Assembly: GCA_040954595.2 (NCBI GenBank)
Contig: CM082583.2
Coordinates: forward strand, 652,542 to 716,541
Direction of reading: 5' to 3'
DNA: 64,000 nt
Source: Balanoglossus misakiensis
Lineage: Eukaryota; Animalia; Hemichordata
Below are positions 10,082 through 23,700 of the stretch, piece by piece. The position numbers were made by a program, and so were the translations under genes. Under the pieces are notes generated by a model. The model did not search any database, was not told the DNA's origin, and worked only from the letters and a program-made list of their open reading frames with translations. Position 1 is the stretch's first letter; every line of letters begins with the position of its first letter.

Positions 10082-13000
10082 TTGATCACCGTTGCTAACG
10101 AACGCTAGTGTCTGTCATGGTGTGCCGGGGTTTTAGTCGAGCCAGGCCGTAGGAGATCTGACTTGATCATCGTGGTCAATGTACGCGTGTTTCCGCTCTA
10201 AAGTGCCGGGGCTTCAGCTAAACCAGGCCGTAGGAAATCCGACGTAATCACCGTTGATAACTTACGCCATTCTGTGTCATATAGAGCCGGTGCACCAGCC
10301 GAGTCACGCCGTAGGAAATCTGACTTGATCAACGTGGTCAATGTACGCCTGTTTCTGCTCTAGAGTGCCGGGGCTTCAGCTGAGCCAGGCCGTAGGAAAC
10401 CCGACGTGATTACCGTTGTTAACTTACGCCAGTTTGTGTCCTATATATAGTGCCGGGGCATCAGCCGTGCCAGGCCGAAGGAAATGTGAGTAGATCAACG
10501 TGGTCTCTGTACGCGTGTTTCTGCTCTAGAGTGCCAGGGCTTTAGCCAAGCCATGCCGTAGGAAATCTGACTTGATCAACGTTGCTAACGAACGCTAGTG
10601 TCTGTCATAGTGTGCCGGGGTTTTAGTCGAGCCAAGCCGTAGGAGATCAGACTTGATCAACGTGGTCTCTGTACGCGTGTTTCTGCTCTAGAGTGCCGGG
10701 GCTTTATCCAACCCATGCCGTAGAAAATCTGACTTGATCACCGTTGCTAACGTACGCTAGTGTCTGTCATATAGTGACGGAGATTTAGCCGAGCCAGGCC
10801 GTAGAAAAATCGACTTGTTCAACGTTACCAGTGTGCAACTGTTTCTGCTCTAGAGTGTCAGGGTTTTAGCCGACTTATGCTGTAGGAAATCTGAGTTGAT
10901 GAACGGGAATTCAATGTTAGAAAACCCGTGTGGAAAGTATCTCTACCCGTTTGAAACTAAGAAAAGAATTTATTCTTATTTATTTTGTAAAAAAGACAAT
11001 TTTTCGAAAAAAAGTCGAAAAATTGCAATTTTGTCTTGGGTGATTCAAATTATACCGCCTTTTCTGGAATTTGCAGCACTTTTTACAAGAGAACGACACT
11101 TCATGCTCCATAATATTTCCGAAAATGAAGAAAAGAGTTATTTTTTTATGATTTTTCAAAAATTTACCATTTTTGTCAAAATATGGCCAAAATGGCTATT
11201 TTTCTTGAATTCCGTCAATATCTCAGCATTTTTGGAGTGGTCGAGAGTTTTAACATACAATCAACATGTCATATATGATCAGGGCACCAAATTCGAAGAA
11301 CAAAGTTTTTTTTTTTTTTTTCTAAAAATGACATTTTCAAGGAAAATTTGGTAAAACGCAATTTTGTCTGCAGTGAGCCAAATTAGACGGTCTTTTGAGG
11401 AATTTGTATCGATATATACATACGAAGAGCATTCTACACTCCATCAGATTTCCGAAAATGTAGAAAACGGGTATTTTTTGTAAATTTCAAAAATTTACCA
11501 TTTTGACTAAATTGTGGCTAAAATTGTTATTTTCGTGATGAATGCCGCCAGTGTCACTGCTTTTAAAAGTCATAAAAACTTTTAACATACAAGCAATTGT
11601 TTATATATGATCAGGTCACCGAATTAAAAAAATAAAGAATGTTTTGCCTAAAAATGACCTTTTTGGTGCAAAAACGAATAAAACGCAATCTTGTATTAAA
11701 TCAGTTCATTCAAAGTGCATGTTTTATAATAAGCACCATTTTTACATATAATGGAAATTTCATACATCATCAGATATCCAAATATGAAAAAATGATTTAG
11801 ATTTTAGATGATTGTCCAAAATTAGCTGATATCTAATAAATGTAGTATTGAACCGTTCTGTCCCCCCCCCCCCTTACATTATATGCGGTACGCCGATGTC
11901 AGCTTACCCGGCAGTACTGTAGGCCGTGCCCCCAACAAACGTCGGTGTTTGAAACGCCCTGGTTAAATTCGGGCTCTCTCTATAAATCGACAGGCAATAA
12001 TGCAGTCCTACCGGAACAAATGTCAAGTGTTGAACCGCTGTGACTTTCCCTGTTCGGTTTGTCCGAATTAGCCAACGTCTTTGTACTAGAGTGTCGGGTC
12101 TTTTGCAGAGCCAGGCCGAAGGAAATCCGACTTGATCACCGTTGCTAACGAACGCTAGTGTCTGTCATGGTGTGCCGGGGTTTTAGTCGAGCCAGGCCGT
12201 AGGAGATCTGACTTGATCATCGTGGTCAATGTACGCGTGTTTCCGCTCTAAAGTGCCGGGGCTTCAGCTAAACCAGGCCGTAGGAAATCCGACGTAATCA
12301 CCGTTGATAACTTACGCCAGTCTGTGTCATATAGAGCCGGTGCACCAGCCGAGTCACGCCGAAGGAAATCTGACTTGATCAACGTGGTCAATGTACGCCT
12401 GTTTCTGCTCTAGAGTGCCGGGGCTTCAGCTGAGCCAGGCCGTAGGAAACCCGACGTGATTACCGTTGTTAACTTACGCCAGTCTGTGTCCTATATATAG
12501 TGCCGGGGCATCAGCCGTGCCAGGCCGAAGGAAATGTGAGTAGATCAACGTGGTCTCTGTACGCTTGTTTCTGCTCTAGAGTGTCAGGGCTTTAGCAAAG
12601 CCATGCCGTAGGAAATCTGACTTGATCAACGTTGCTAACGAACGCTAGTGTCTGTCATAGTGTGCCGGGGTTTTAGTCGAGCCAAGCCGTAGGAGATCAG
12701 ACTTGATCAACGTGGTCTCTGTACGCGTGTTTCTGCTCTAGAGTGCCGGGGCTTTATCCAACCCATGCCGTTGAAAATCTGACTTGATCACCGTTGCTAA
12801 CGTACGCTAGTGTCTGTCATATTGTGACGAGATTTAGCCGAGCCAGGCCGTAGAAAAATCGACTTGTTCAACGTTATCAGTGTGCAACTGTTTCTGCTCT
12901 AGAGTGTCAGGGTTGTAGCCGACTTATGCTGTAGGAAATCTGAGTTGATGAACGGGAATTCAATGTTAGAAAACCCGTGTGGAAAGTATCTCTACCCGTT

Positions 13001-14182
13001 TGAAACTAAGAAAAGAATTTATTCTTATTTATTTTGTAAAAAAGACAATTTTTCGAAAACAAGTCGAAAATGGTAATTTTGTCTTGGGTGATTCAAATTA
13101 TACCACATTTTCTGGAATTTGCAGCACTTTTTACAAGAGAACGACACTTCATGCTCCATAATATTTCCGAAAATGAAGAAAAGAGTTTTATTTTTTATGA
13201 TTTTTTAAAAATGTACCATTTTGTCAAAATATGGCCAAAATGGCTATATTTTCTTGAATTCCGTCAATATCTCTGCATTTTTGAAGTGGTCGAAAGTTTT
13301 AACATACAATCAACATGTCATATATGATCAGGGCACCAAATTCGAAGAACGAAGGTTTTTTTATTTTATTTTTCTAAAAATGACATTTTCAAGGAAAATT
13401 TGGTAAAACGCAATTTTGTCTGCAGTGAGCCAAATTAGACGGTCTTTTGTGGAATTTGTATCGATATATATATACGAAGAGCATTCTATACTCCATCAGA
13501 TTTCCGAAAATGTAGAAAACAGGTATTTTTTGTAATTTTCAAAAATTTACCATTTTGACCAAATTGTGGTTAAAATTGTTATTTTCGTGTTGAATGCCGC
13601 CAGTGTCACTGCTTTTAAAAGTCATAAAAACTTTTAACATGCAAGCAATTGCTTATATATGATCAGGTCACCGAATTAAAAAAATAAAGAATGTTTTGCC
13701 TAAAAATGACCTTTTTGGTGCAAACACGAATAAAACGCAATTTTGTATTAAATCAGCTCATTCAGAGTGCATTTTTTATAATCAGCACCATTTTTACATA
13801 TAATGGAAATTTCATACATCATCAGATATCCAAATATGAAAAAAATGATTTAGATTTTAGATGATTGTCCAAAATTAGCTGATATCTAATAAATGTAGTA
13901 TTGAACCGTTCTGTCCCCCCCCCCCTACATTATATGCGGTACGCCGATGTCAGCTTACCCGGCAGTACTGCAGGCCGTGCCCCCAAATAACGTCGGTGTT
14001 TGAAACGCCCTGGTTAAATTCGGGCTTTCTCTATAAATTGACAGGCAATAATGCAGTCCTACCCGAACAAATGTCGAGTGTTGACCCGCTGTGACTTTCC
14101 CTCTTCGGTTTGCCCGACTTAGCCAACGTCTTTGTACTAATGTGTCGGGTCTTTTGCAGAGCCAGGCCGAAGGAAATCCGAC

Positions 14183-15909
14183 TTGATCACCGTTGCTAAC
14201 GAACGCTAGTGTCTGTCATGGTGTGCCGGGGTTTTAGTCGAGCCAGGCCGTAGGAAATCTGACTTGATCAACGTGGTCAATGTACGCCTGTTTCTGCTCT
14301 AGAGCGCCGGGGCTTCAGCTGAGCCAGGCCGTAGGAAACCCGACGTGATTACCGTTGTTAACTTACGCCAGTCTGTGTCCTATATATAGTGCCGGGGCAT
14401 CAGCCGTGCCAGGCCTAAGGAAATGTGAGTAGATCAACGTGGTCTCTGTACGCGTGTTTCTGCTCTAGTGCCGGGGCTTTATCCAAGCCATGCCGTAGAA
14501 AATCTGACTTGATCACCGTTGCTAACGTACGATAGTGTCTGTCATATTGTGACGGAGATTTAGCCGAGCCAGGCCGTAGAAAAATCGACTTGTTCAACGT
14601 TACCAGTGTGCAACTGTTTCTGCTCTAAAGTCTCAGGGTTTTAGCCGACTTATGCTGTAGGAAATCTGAGTTGATGAACGGGAATTCAATGTTAGAAAAC
14701 CCGTGTGGAAAGTATCTCTACCTGTTTGAAACTAAGAAAAGAATTTATTCTTATTTATTTTGTAAAAAAACAATATTTCGAAAAAAAGTCGAAAATGGTA
14801 ATTTTGTCTTGGGTGATTCAAATTATACCGCCTTTTCTGGAATTTGCAGCACTTTTTAGAAGAGAACGACACTTCATGCTCCATAATATTTCCGAAAATG
14901 AAGAAAAGAGTTAATTTTTTATGATTTTTCAAAAATTTACCATTTTTGTCAAAATATGGCCAAAATGGCTATTTTTCTTGAATTCCGTCAATATCTCTGC
15001 ATTTTTGGAGTGGTCGAGAGTTTTAACATACAATCAACATGTCATATATGATCAGGGCACTAAATTCGAAGAACAAAGGTTTTTTTATTTTTTTTTCTAA
15101 AAATGACATTTTCAAGGAAAATTTTGTAAAACGCAATTTTGTCTGCAGTGAGCCAAATTAGACGGTCTTTTGTGGAATTTGTATCGATATATACATACGA
15201 AGAGCATTCTATACTCCATCAGATTTCCGAAAATGTAGAAAACAGGTATTTTTTGTAATTTTCAAAAATTTTCGATTTTGACCAAATTGTGCTAAAATTG
15301 TTATTTTCGTGTTGAATGCCGCCAGTGTCACTGCTTTTTAAAGTCATAAAAACTTTTAACATACAAGCAATTCTTTATATATGATCAGGTCACCGAATTA
15401 AAAAAATAAAGAATGTTTTGCCTAAAAATGACCTTTTAGGTGCAAAAACGAATAAAACGTAATTTTGTATTAAATCAGCTAATTCAGAGTGCATTTTTTA
15501 TAATCAGCACCATTTTTACATATAATTGAAATTTCATACATCATTAGATATCCAAATATGAAAAAATGATTTAGATTTTAGATGATTGTCCAAAATGAGC
15601 TGATATCTAATAAATGTAGTATTGAACCGTTCTGTTTGCCCCCCCCCCCCCCTACATTATATGCGGTACGCCGATGTCAGCTTACCCGGCAGTACTGCAG
15701 GCCGTGCCCCCAACTAACGTCGGTGTTTGGAACGCCCTGGTTAAATTCGGGCTTTCTCTATAAATTGACAGGCAATAATGCAGTCCTACCCGAACAAATG
15801 TCGAGTGTTGACCCGCTGTGACTTACCCTCTTCGGTTTGCCCGACTTAGCCAACGTCTTTGTACTAGAGTGTCAGTTCTTTTGCAGAGCCAGGCCGAAGG
15901 AAATCCGAC
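14183..15909. repeat. Short monomer M8 (1727 bp), two 162-bp deletions leaving six subunits
   Basis: Subunit 1/3 hybrid at ~14247-14255 and subunit 6/8 hybrid at ~14431-14480. Confidence 0.93.
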
Positions 15910-17790
15910 TTGATCGCCGTTGCTAACGAACGCTAGTGTCTGTCATGGTGTGCCGGGGATTTAGTCGAGCCAGGCCGTAGGAGATCTGACTTGATCATCG
16001 TGGTCAATGTACGCGTGTTTCCGCTCTAAAGTGCCGGGGCTTCAGGTAAACCAGACCGTAGGAAATCCGACGTAATCACCGGTGATAACTTACGCCAGTC
16101 TGTGTCATATAGAGCCGGTGCACAAGCCGAGTCACGCCGTAGGAAATCTGACTTGATCAACGTGGTCAATGTATGCCTGTTTCTGCTCTAGAGTGCCGGG
16201 GCTTCAGCTGAGCCAGGCCGTAGGAAACCCGACGTGATTACCGTTGTTAACTTACGCCAGTCTGTGTCCTATATATAGTGCCGGGGCATCAGCCGTGCCA
16301 GGCCGAAGGAAATGTGAGTAGATCAACGTGGTCTCTGTACGCGTGTTTCTGCTCTAGAGTGTCGGGGCTTTATCCAAGCCATGCCGTAGAAAATCTGACT
16401 TAATCACCGTTGCTAAGATACGCTAGTGTCTGTAATATTGTGACGGAGATTTAGCCGAGCCAGGCCGTAGAAAAATCGACTCGTTCAACGTTACCAGTGT
16501 GCAACTGTTTCTGCTCTAGAGTGTCAGGGTTTTAGCCGACTTATGCTGTAGGAAATCTGAGTTGATGAACGGGAATTCAATGTTAGAAAACCCGTGTGGA
16601 AAGTATCTCTACCCGTTTGAAACTAAGAAAAGAATTTATTCTTATTTATTTTGTAAAAAAGACAATTTTTCGAAAAAAAGTCGAAAATGGTAATTTTGTC
16701 TTGGGTGATTCAAATTATACCACCTTTTCTGGAATTTGCAGCACTTTTTACAAGAGAACGACACTTCATGCTCCATAATATTTCCGAAAACGAAGAAAAG
16801 AGTTTATTTTTTATGATTTTTTAAAAATTTACCATTTTTGTCAAAATATGGCCAAAATGGCTATTTTGTCTTGAATTCCGTCAATATCTCTGCATTTTTG
16901 GAGTTGTCGAAAGTTTTAACATACAATCAACATGTCATATATGATCAGGGCACCAAATTCGAAGAACAAAGGTTTTTTTTATTTTTTTTCTAAAAATGAC
17001 ATTTTCAAGGAAAATTTGGTAAAACGCAATTTTGTCTGCAGTGAGCCATATTAGACTGTCTTTTTTTTGGAATTTGTATCGATATATACATACGAAGAGC
17101 ATTCTATACTCCATCAGATTTCCGAAAATGTAGAAAACAGGTATTTTTTGTAATTTTCAAAAATTTTCCATTTTGACCAAATTGTGCTAAAATTGTTATT
17201 TTCGTGTTGAATGCCGCCAGTGTCACTGCTTTTAAAAGTCATAAAAACTTTTAACATACAAGCAATTCTTTATATATGATCAGGTCACCGAATTAAAAAA
17301 ATAAATAATGTTTTGCCTAAAAATGACCTTTTTGGTGCAAAAACGAATAAAACGCAATTTTGTATTAAATCAGAATGCATTTTTTATAATCAGCACCATT
17401 TTTACATGTAATGGAAATTTCATACATCATCAGATATCCAAATATAAAAAAAATGATTTAGATTTTAGATGATTGTCCAAAATTAGCTGATATCTAATAA
17501 ATGTAGTATTGAACCGTTCTGTCCCCCCCCCCCTACATTATATGCGGTACGCCGATGTCAGCTTACCCGGCAGTACTGCAGGCCGTGCCCCCAACTAACG
17601 TCGGTGTTTGAAACGCCCTGGTTAAATTCGAGCTTTCTCTATAAATTGACAGGCAATAATGCAGTCCTACCCGAACAAATGTCAAGTGTTAAACTGCTGT
17701 GACTTTCCCTCTTCGGTTTGCCCGACTTAGCCAACGTCTTTGTACTAGAGTGTCGGGTCTTTTGCAGAGCCGGGCCGAAGGAAATCCGAC
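15910..17790. repeat. Short monomer M9 (1881 bp), one 162-bp deletion
   Basis: Subunit 6/8 hybrid at ~16321-16375 (tagatcaac... runs directly into ggggctttatccaagcc). Confidence 0.93.
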
Positions 17791-20700
17791 TTGATCACCG
17801 TTGCTAACGAACGCTAGTGTCTATCATGGTGTGCCGGGGTTTTAGTCGAGCCAGGCCGTAGGAGATCTGACTTGATCATCGTGGTCAATGTACGCGTGTT
17901 TCCGCTCTAAAGTACCGGGGCTTCAGGTAAACCAGGCCGTAGGAAATCCGACGTAATCACCGTTGATAACTTACGCCAGTCTGTGTCATATAGAGCCGGT
18001 GCACCAGCCGAGTCACGCCGTAGGAAATCTGACTTGATCAACGTGGTCAATGTACGCCTGTTTCTGCTGTAGAGTGCCGGGGCTTCAGCTGAGCCAGGCA
18101 GTAGGAAACCCGACGTGATTACCGTTGTTAACTTACGCCAGTCTGTGTCATATATATAGTGCCGGGGCATCAGCCGTGCCAGGCCGAAGGAAATGTGAGT
18201 AGATCAACGTGGTCTCTGTACGCGTGTTTCTGCTCTAGAGTGCCAGGGCAGGGCTTTAGCCAAGCCATGCCGTAGGAAATCTGACTTGATCAACGTTGCA
18301 ACAAACGCTAGTGTCTGTCATAGTGTGCCGGGGTTTTAGTCGAGCCAAGCCGTAGGAGATCAGACTTGATCAACGTGGTCTCTGCACGCGTGTTTCTGCT
18401 CTAGAGTGCCGGGGCTTTATCCAAGCCATGCCGTAGAAAATCTGACTTGATCACCGTTGCTAACGTACGCTAGTGTCTGTCATATTGTGACGGAGATTTA
18501 GCCGAGCAAGGCCATAGAAAAATCGACTTGTTCAACGTTACCAGTGTGCAACTGTTTCTGCTCTAGAGTGTCAGGGTTTTAGCCGACTTATGCTGTAGGA
18601 AATCTGAGTTGATGAACGGGAATTCAATGTTAGAAAACCCTTGTGGAAAGTATCTCTACCCGTTTGAAACTAAGAAAAGAATTTATTCTTATTTATTTAG
18701 TAAAAAAGACAATTTTTCGAAAAAAAGTCGAAAATGGTAATTTTGTCTTGGGTGATTCAAATTATACCGCCTTTTCTGGAATTTGCTGCACTTCTTACAA
18801 GAGAACGACACTTCATGCTCCATAATATTTCGGAAAATGAAGAAAAGAGTTATGTTTTTATGATTTTTTAAAAATTTACCATTTTTGTCAAAATATGGCC
18901 AAAATGGCTATTTTTTCTTGAATTCCGTCAATATCTCTGCATTTTTGGAGTGGTCGAAAGTCTTAACATATAATCAACATGTCATATATGATCAGGGCAC
19001 CAAATTCGAAGAACAAAGGTTTTTTTATTTTTTTCTCTAAAAATGACATTTTCAAGGAAAATTTGGTAAAACGCAATTTTGTCTGCAGTGAGCCAAATTG
19101 GCCGTTTTTTGTGGAATTTGTATCGATATATATATACGAAGAGCATTCTATACTCCGTCAGATTTCCGAAAATGTAGAAAACAGGTATTTTTTATAATTT
19201 TCAAAAATTTACCATTTTGACCAAATTGTGGCTAAAATTTTTATTTTCGTGTTGAATGCGGCCAGTGTCACTGCTTTTAAAAGTCATAAAATGTTTTAAC
19301 ATACAAGCAATTGTTTATATATGATCAGGTCACCGAATTAAAAAAATAAAGAATGTTTTGCCTAAAGTTGACCTTTTTGGTGCAAAAACGAATAAAACGC
19401 AATTTTGTATTAAATCAGAGTGCATTTTTTATAATCAGCACCATTTTTACATATAATGGAAATTTCATACATCATCAGATATCCAAATATGAAAAAATGA
19501 TTTAGATTTTAGATGATTGTCCTTAATTAGCTGATATCTAATAAATGTAGTATTGAACCGTTCTGCCCCCCCCCCCCCCTACATTATATGCGGTACGCCG
19601 ATGTCAGCTTACCCGGCAGTACTGCAGGCCGTGCCCCCAATTAACGTCAGTGTTTGAAACGCCCTGGTTAAATTCGGGCTTTCTCTATAAATTGACAGGC
19701 AATAATGCAGTCCTACCCGAACAAATGTCGAGTGTTGACCCGCTGTGACTTTCCCTCTTCGGTTTGCCCGACTTAGCCAACGTCTTTGTACTAGAGTGTC
19801 GGGTCTTTTGCAGAGCCACGCCGAAGGAAATCCGACTTGATCACCGTTGCTAACGAACGCTAGTGTCTGTCATGGTGTGCCGGGGTTTTAGTCGAGCCAG
19901 GCCGTAGGAGATCTGACTTGATCATCGTGGTCAATGTACGCGTGTTTCCGCTCTAAAGTGCCGGGGCTTCAGCTAAACCAGGCCGTAGGAAATCCGACGT
20001 AATCACCGTTGATAACTTACGCCAGTCTGTGTCATATAGAGCCGGTGCACCAGCCGAGTTACGCCGTAGGAAATCTGACTTGATCAACGTGGTCAATGTA
20101 CGCCTGTTTCTGCTCTAGAGTGCCGGGGCTTCAGCTGAGCCAGGCCGTAGGAAACCCGACGTGATTACCGTTGTTAACTTACGCCAGTCTGTGTCCTATA
20201 TATAGTGCCGGGGCATCAGCCGTGCCAGGCCGAAGGAAATGTGAGTAGATCAACGTGGTCTCTGTACGCGTGTTTCTGCTCTATAGTGCCAGGGCTTTAG
20301 CCAAGCCATGCCGTAGGAAATCTGACTTGATCAACGTTGCTAACGAACGCTAGTGTCTGTCATAGTGTGCCATGGTTTTAGTCGAGCCAAGCCGTAGGAG
20401 ATCAGACTTGATCAACGTGGTCTCTGTACGCGTGTTTCTGCTCTAGAGTGCCGGGGCTTTATCCAAGCCATGCCGTAGAAAATCTGACTTGATCACCGTT
20501 GCTAACGTACGCTAGTGTCTGTCATATTGTGACGGTGATTTAGCAGAGCCAGGCCGTAGAAAAATCGACATGTTCAACGTTACCAGTGTGCAACTGTTTC
20601 TGCTCTAGAGTGTCAGGGTTTTAGCCGACTTATGCTGTAGGAAATCTGAGTTGATGAATGGGAATTCAATGTTAGAAAACCCGTGTGGAAAGTATCTCTA

Positions 20701-23700
20701 CCCGTTTGAAACTAAGAAAAGAATTTATTCTTATTTATTTAGTAAAAAAGACAATTTTTCGAAAAAAAGTCGAAAATGGTAATTTTGTCTTGGGTGATTC
20801 AAATTATACCGCCTTTTCTGGAATTTGCTGCACTTCTTACAAGAGAACGACACTTCATGCTCCATAATATTTCGGAAAATGAAGAAAAGAGTTATGTTTT
20901 TATGATTTTTTAAAAATTTACCATTTTTGTCAAAATATGGCCAAAATGGCTATTTTTTCTTGAATTCCGTCAATATCTCTGCATTTTTGGAGTGGTCGAA
21001 AGTCTTAACATATAATCAACATGTCATATATGATCAGGGCACCAAATTCGAAGAACAAAGGTTTTTTTATTTTTTTCTCTAAAAATGACATTTTCAAGGA
21101 AAATTTGGTAAAACGCAATTTTGTCTGCAGTGAGCCAAATTGGCCGTTTTTTTGTGGAATTTGTATCGATATATATATACGAAGAGCATTCTATACTCCG
21201 TCAGATTTCCGAAAATGTAGAAAACAGGTATTTTTTATAATTTTCAAAAATTTACCATTTTGACCAAATTGTGGCTAAAATTTTTATTTTCGTGTTGAAT
21301 GCGGCCAGTGTCACTGCTTTTAAAAGTCATAAAATGTTTTAACATACAAGCAATTGTTTATATATGATCAGGTCACCGAATTAAAAAAATAAAGAATGTT
21401 TTGCCTAAAGTTGACCTTTTTGGTGCAAAAACGAATAAAACGCAATTTTGTATTAAATCAGAGTGCATTTTTTATAATCAGCACCATTTTTACATATAAT
21501 GGAAATTTCATACATCATCAGATATCCAAATATGAAAAAATGATTTAGATTTTAGATGATTGTCCTTAATTAGCTGATATCTAATAAATGTAGTATTGAA
21601 CCGTTCTGCCCCCCCCCCCCCCCCTACATTATATGCGGTACGCCGATGTCAGCTTACCCGGCAGTACTGCAGGCCGTGCCCCCAATTAACGTCAGTGTTT
21701 GAAACGCCCTGGTTAAATTCGGGCTTTCTCTATAAATTGACAGGCAATAATGCAGTCCTACCCGAACAAATGTCGAGTGTTGACCCGCTGTGACTTTCCC
21801 TCTTCGGTTTGCCCGACTTAGCCAACGTCTTTGTACTAGAGTGTCGGGTCTTTTGCAGAGCCACGCCGAAGGAAATCCGACTTGATCACCGTTGCTAACG
21901 AACGCTAGTGTCTGTCATGGTGTGCCGGGGTTTTAGTCGAGCCAGGCCGTAGGAGATCTGACTTGATCATCGTGGTCAATGTACGCGTGTTTCCGCTCTA
22001 AAGTGCCGGGGCTTCAGCTAAACCAGGCCGTAGGAAATCCGACGTAATCACCGTTGATAACTTACGCCAGTCTGTGTCATATAGAGCCGGTGCACCAGCC
22101 GAGTTACGCCGTAGGAAATCTGACTTGATCAACGTGGTCAATGTACGCCTGTTTCTGCTCTAGAGTGCCGGGGCTTCAGCTGAGCCAGGCCGTAGGAAAC
22201 CCGACGTGATTACCGTTGTTAACTTACGCCAGTCTGTGTCCTATATATAGTGCCGGGGCATCAGCCGTGCCAGGCCGAAGGAAATGTGAGTAGATCAACG
22301 TGGTCTCTGTACGCGTGTTTCTGCTCTATAGTGCCAGGGCTTTAGCCAAGCCATGCCGTAGGAAATCTGACTTGATCAACGTTGCTAACGAACGCTAGTG
22401 TCTGTCATAGTGTGCCATGGTTTTAGTCGAGCCAAGCCGTAGGAGATCAGACTTGATCAACGTGGTCTCTGTACGCGTGTTTCTGCTCTAGAGTGCCGGG
22501 GCTTTATCCAAGCCATGCCGTAGAAAATCTGACTTGATCACCGTTGCTAACGTACGCTAGTGTCTGTCATATTGTGACGGTGATTTAGCAGAGCCAGGCC
22601 GTAGAAAAATCGACATGTTCAACGTTACCAGTGTGCAACTGTTTCTGCTCTAGAGTGTCAGGGTTTTAGCCGACTTATGCTGTAGGAAATCTGAGTTGAT
22701 GAATGGGAATTCAATGTTAGAAAACCCGTGTGGAAAGTATCTCTACCCGTTTGAAACTAAGAAAAGAATTTATTCTTATTTATTTTGTAAAAAAGACAAT
22801 TTTTCGAAAAAAAGTCGAAAATGGTAATTTTGTCTTGGGTGATTCAAATTATACCGCCTTTTCTGGAATTTGCTGCACTTCTTACAAGAGAACGACACTT
22901 CATGCTCCATAATATTTCGGAAAATGAAGAAAAGAGTTATTTTTTATGATTTTTTAAAAATTTACCATTTTTGTCAAAATATGGCCAAAATGGCTATTTT
23001 TTCTTGAATTCCGTCAATATATCTGCATTTTTGGAGTGGTCGAAAGTTTTAACATACAATCAACATGTCATATATGATCAGGGCACCAAACTCGAAGAAC
23101 AAAGGTTTTTTTATTTTTTTTCTTCTAAAAATGACATTTTCAAGGAAAATTTGGTAAAACGCAATTTTGTCTGCAGTGAGCCAAATTAGACGGTCTTTTG
23201 TGGAATTTGTATCGATATATACATACGAAGAGCATTCTATACTCCATCAGATTTCCGAAAATGTAGAAAACAGGTATTTTTTTGTAATTTTCAAAAATTT
23301 ACCATTTTGACCAAATTGTGGCTAAAATTGTTATTTTCGTGTTGAATGCCGCCAGTGTCACTGCTTTTAAAAGTCATAAAAACTTTTAACATACAAGCAA
23401 TTGTTTATATATGATCAGGTCACCGAATTAAAAAAATAAAGAATGTTTTGCATAAAAATGACCTTTTTGGTGCAAAAACGAATAAAACGCAATTTTGTAT
23501 TAAATCAGAATGCATTTTTTATAATCAGCACCATTTTTACATGTAATGGAAATTTAATACATCATCAGATATCCAAATATGAAAAAAATGATTTAGATTT
23601 TAGATGATTGTCCAAAATTAGCTGATATCTAATAAATGTAGTATTGAACCGTTCTGTTCCCCCCCCCCCCCCTACATTATATGCGGTACGCCGATGTCAG

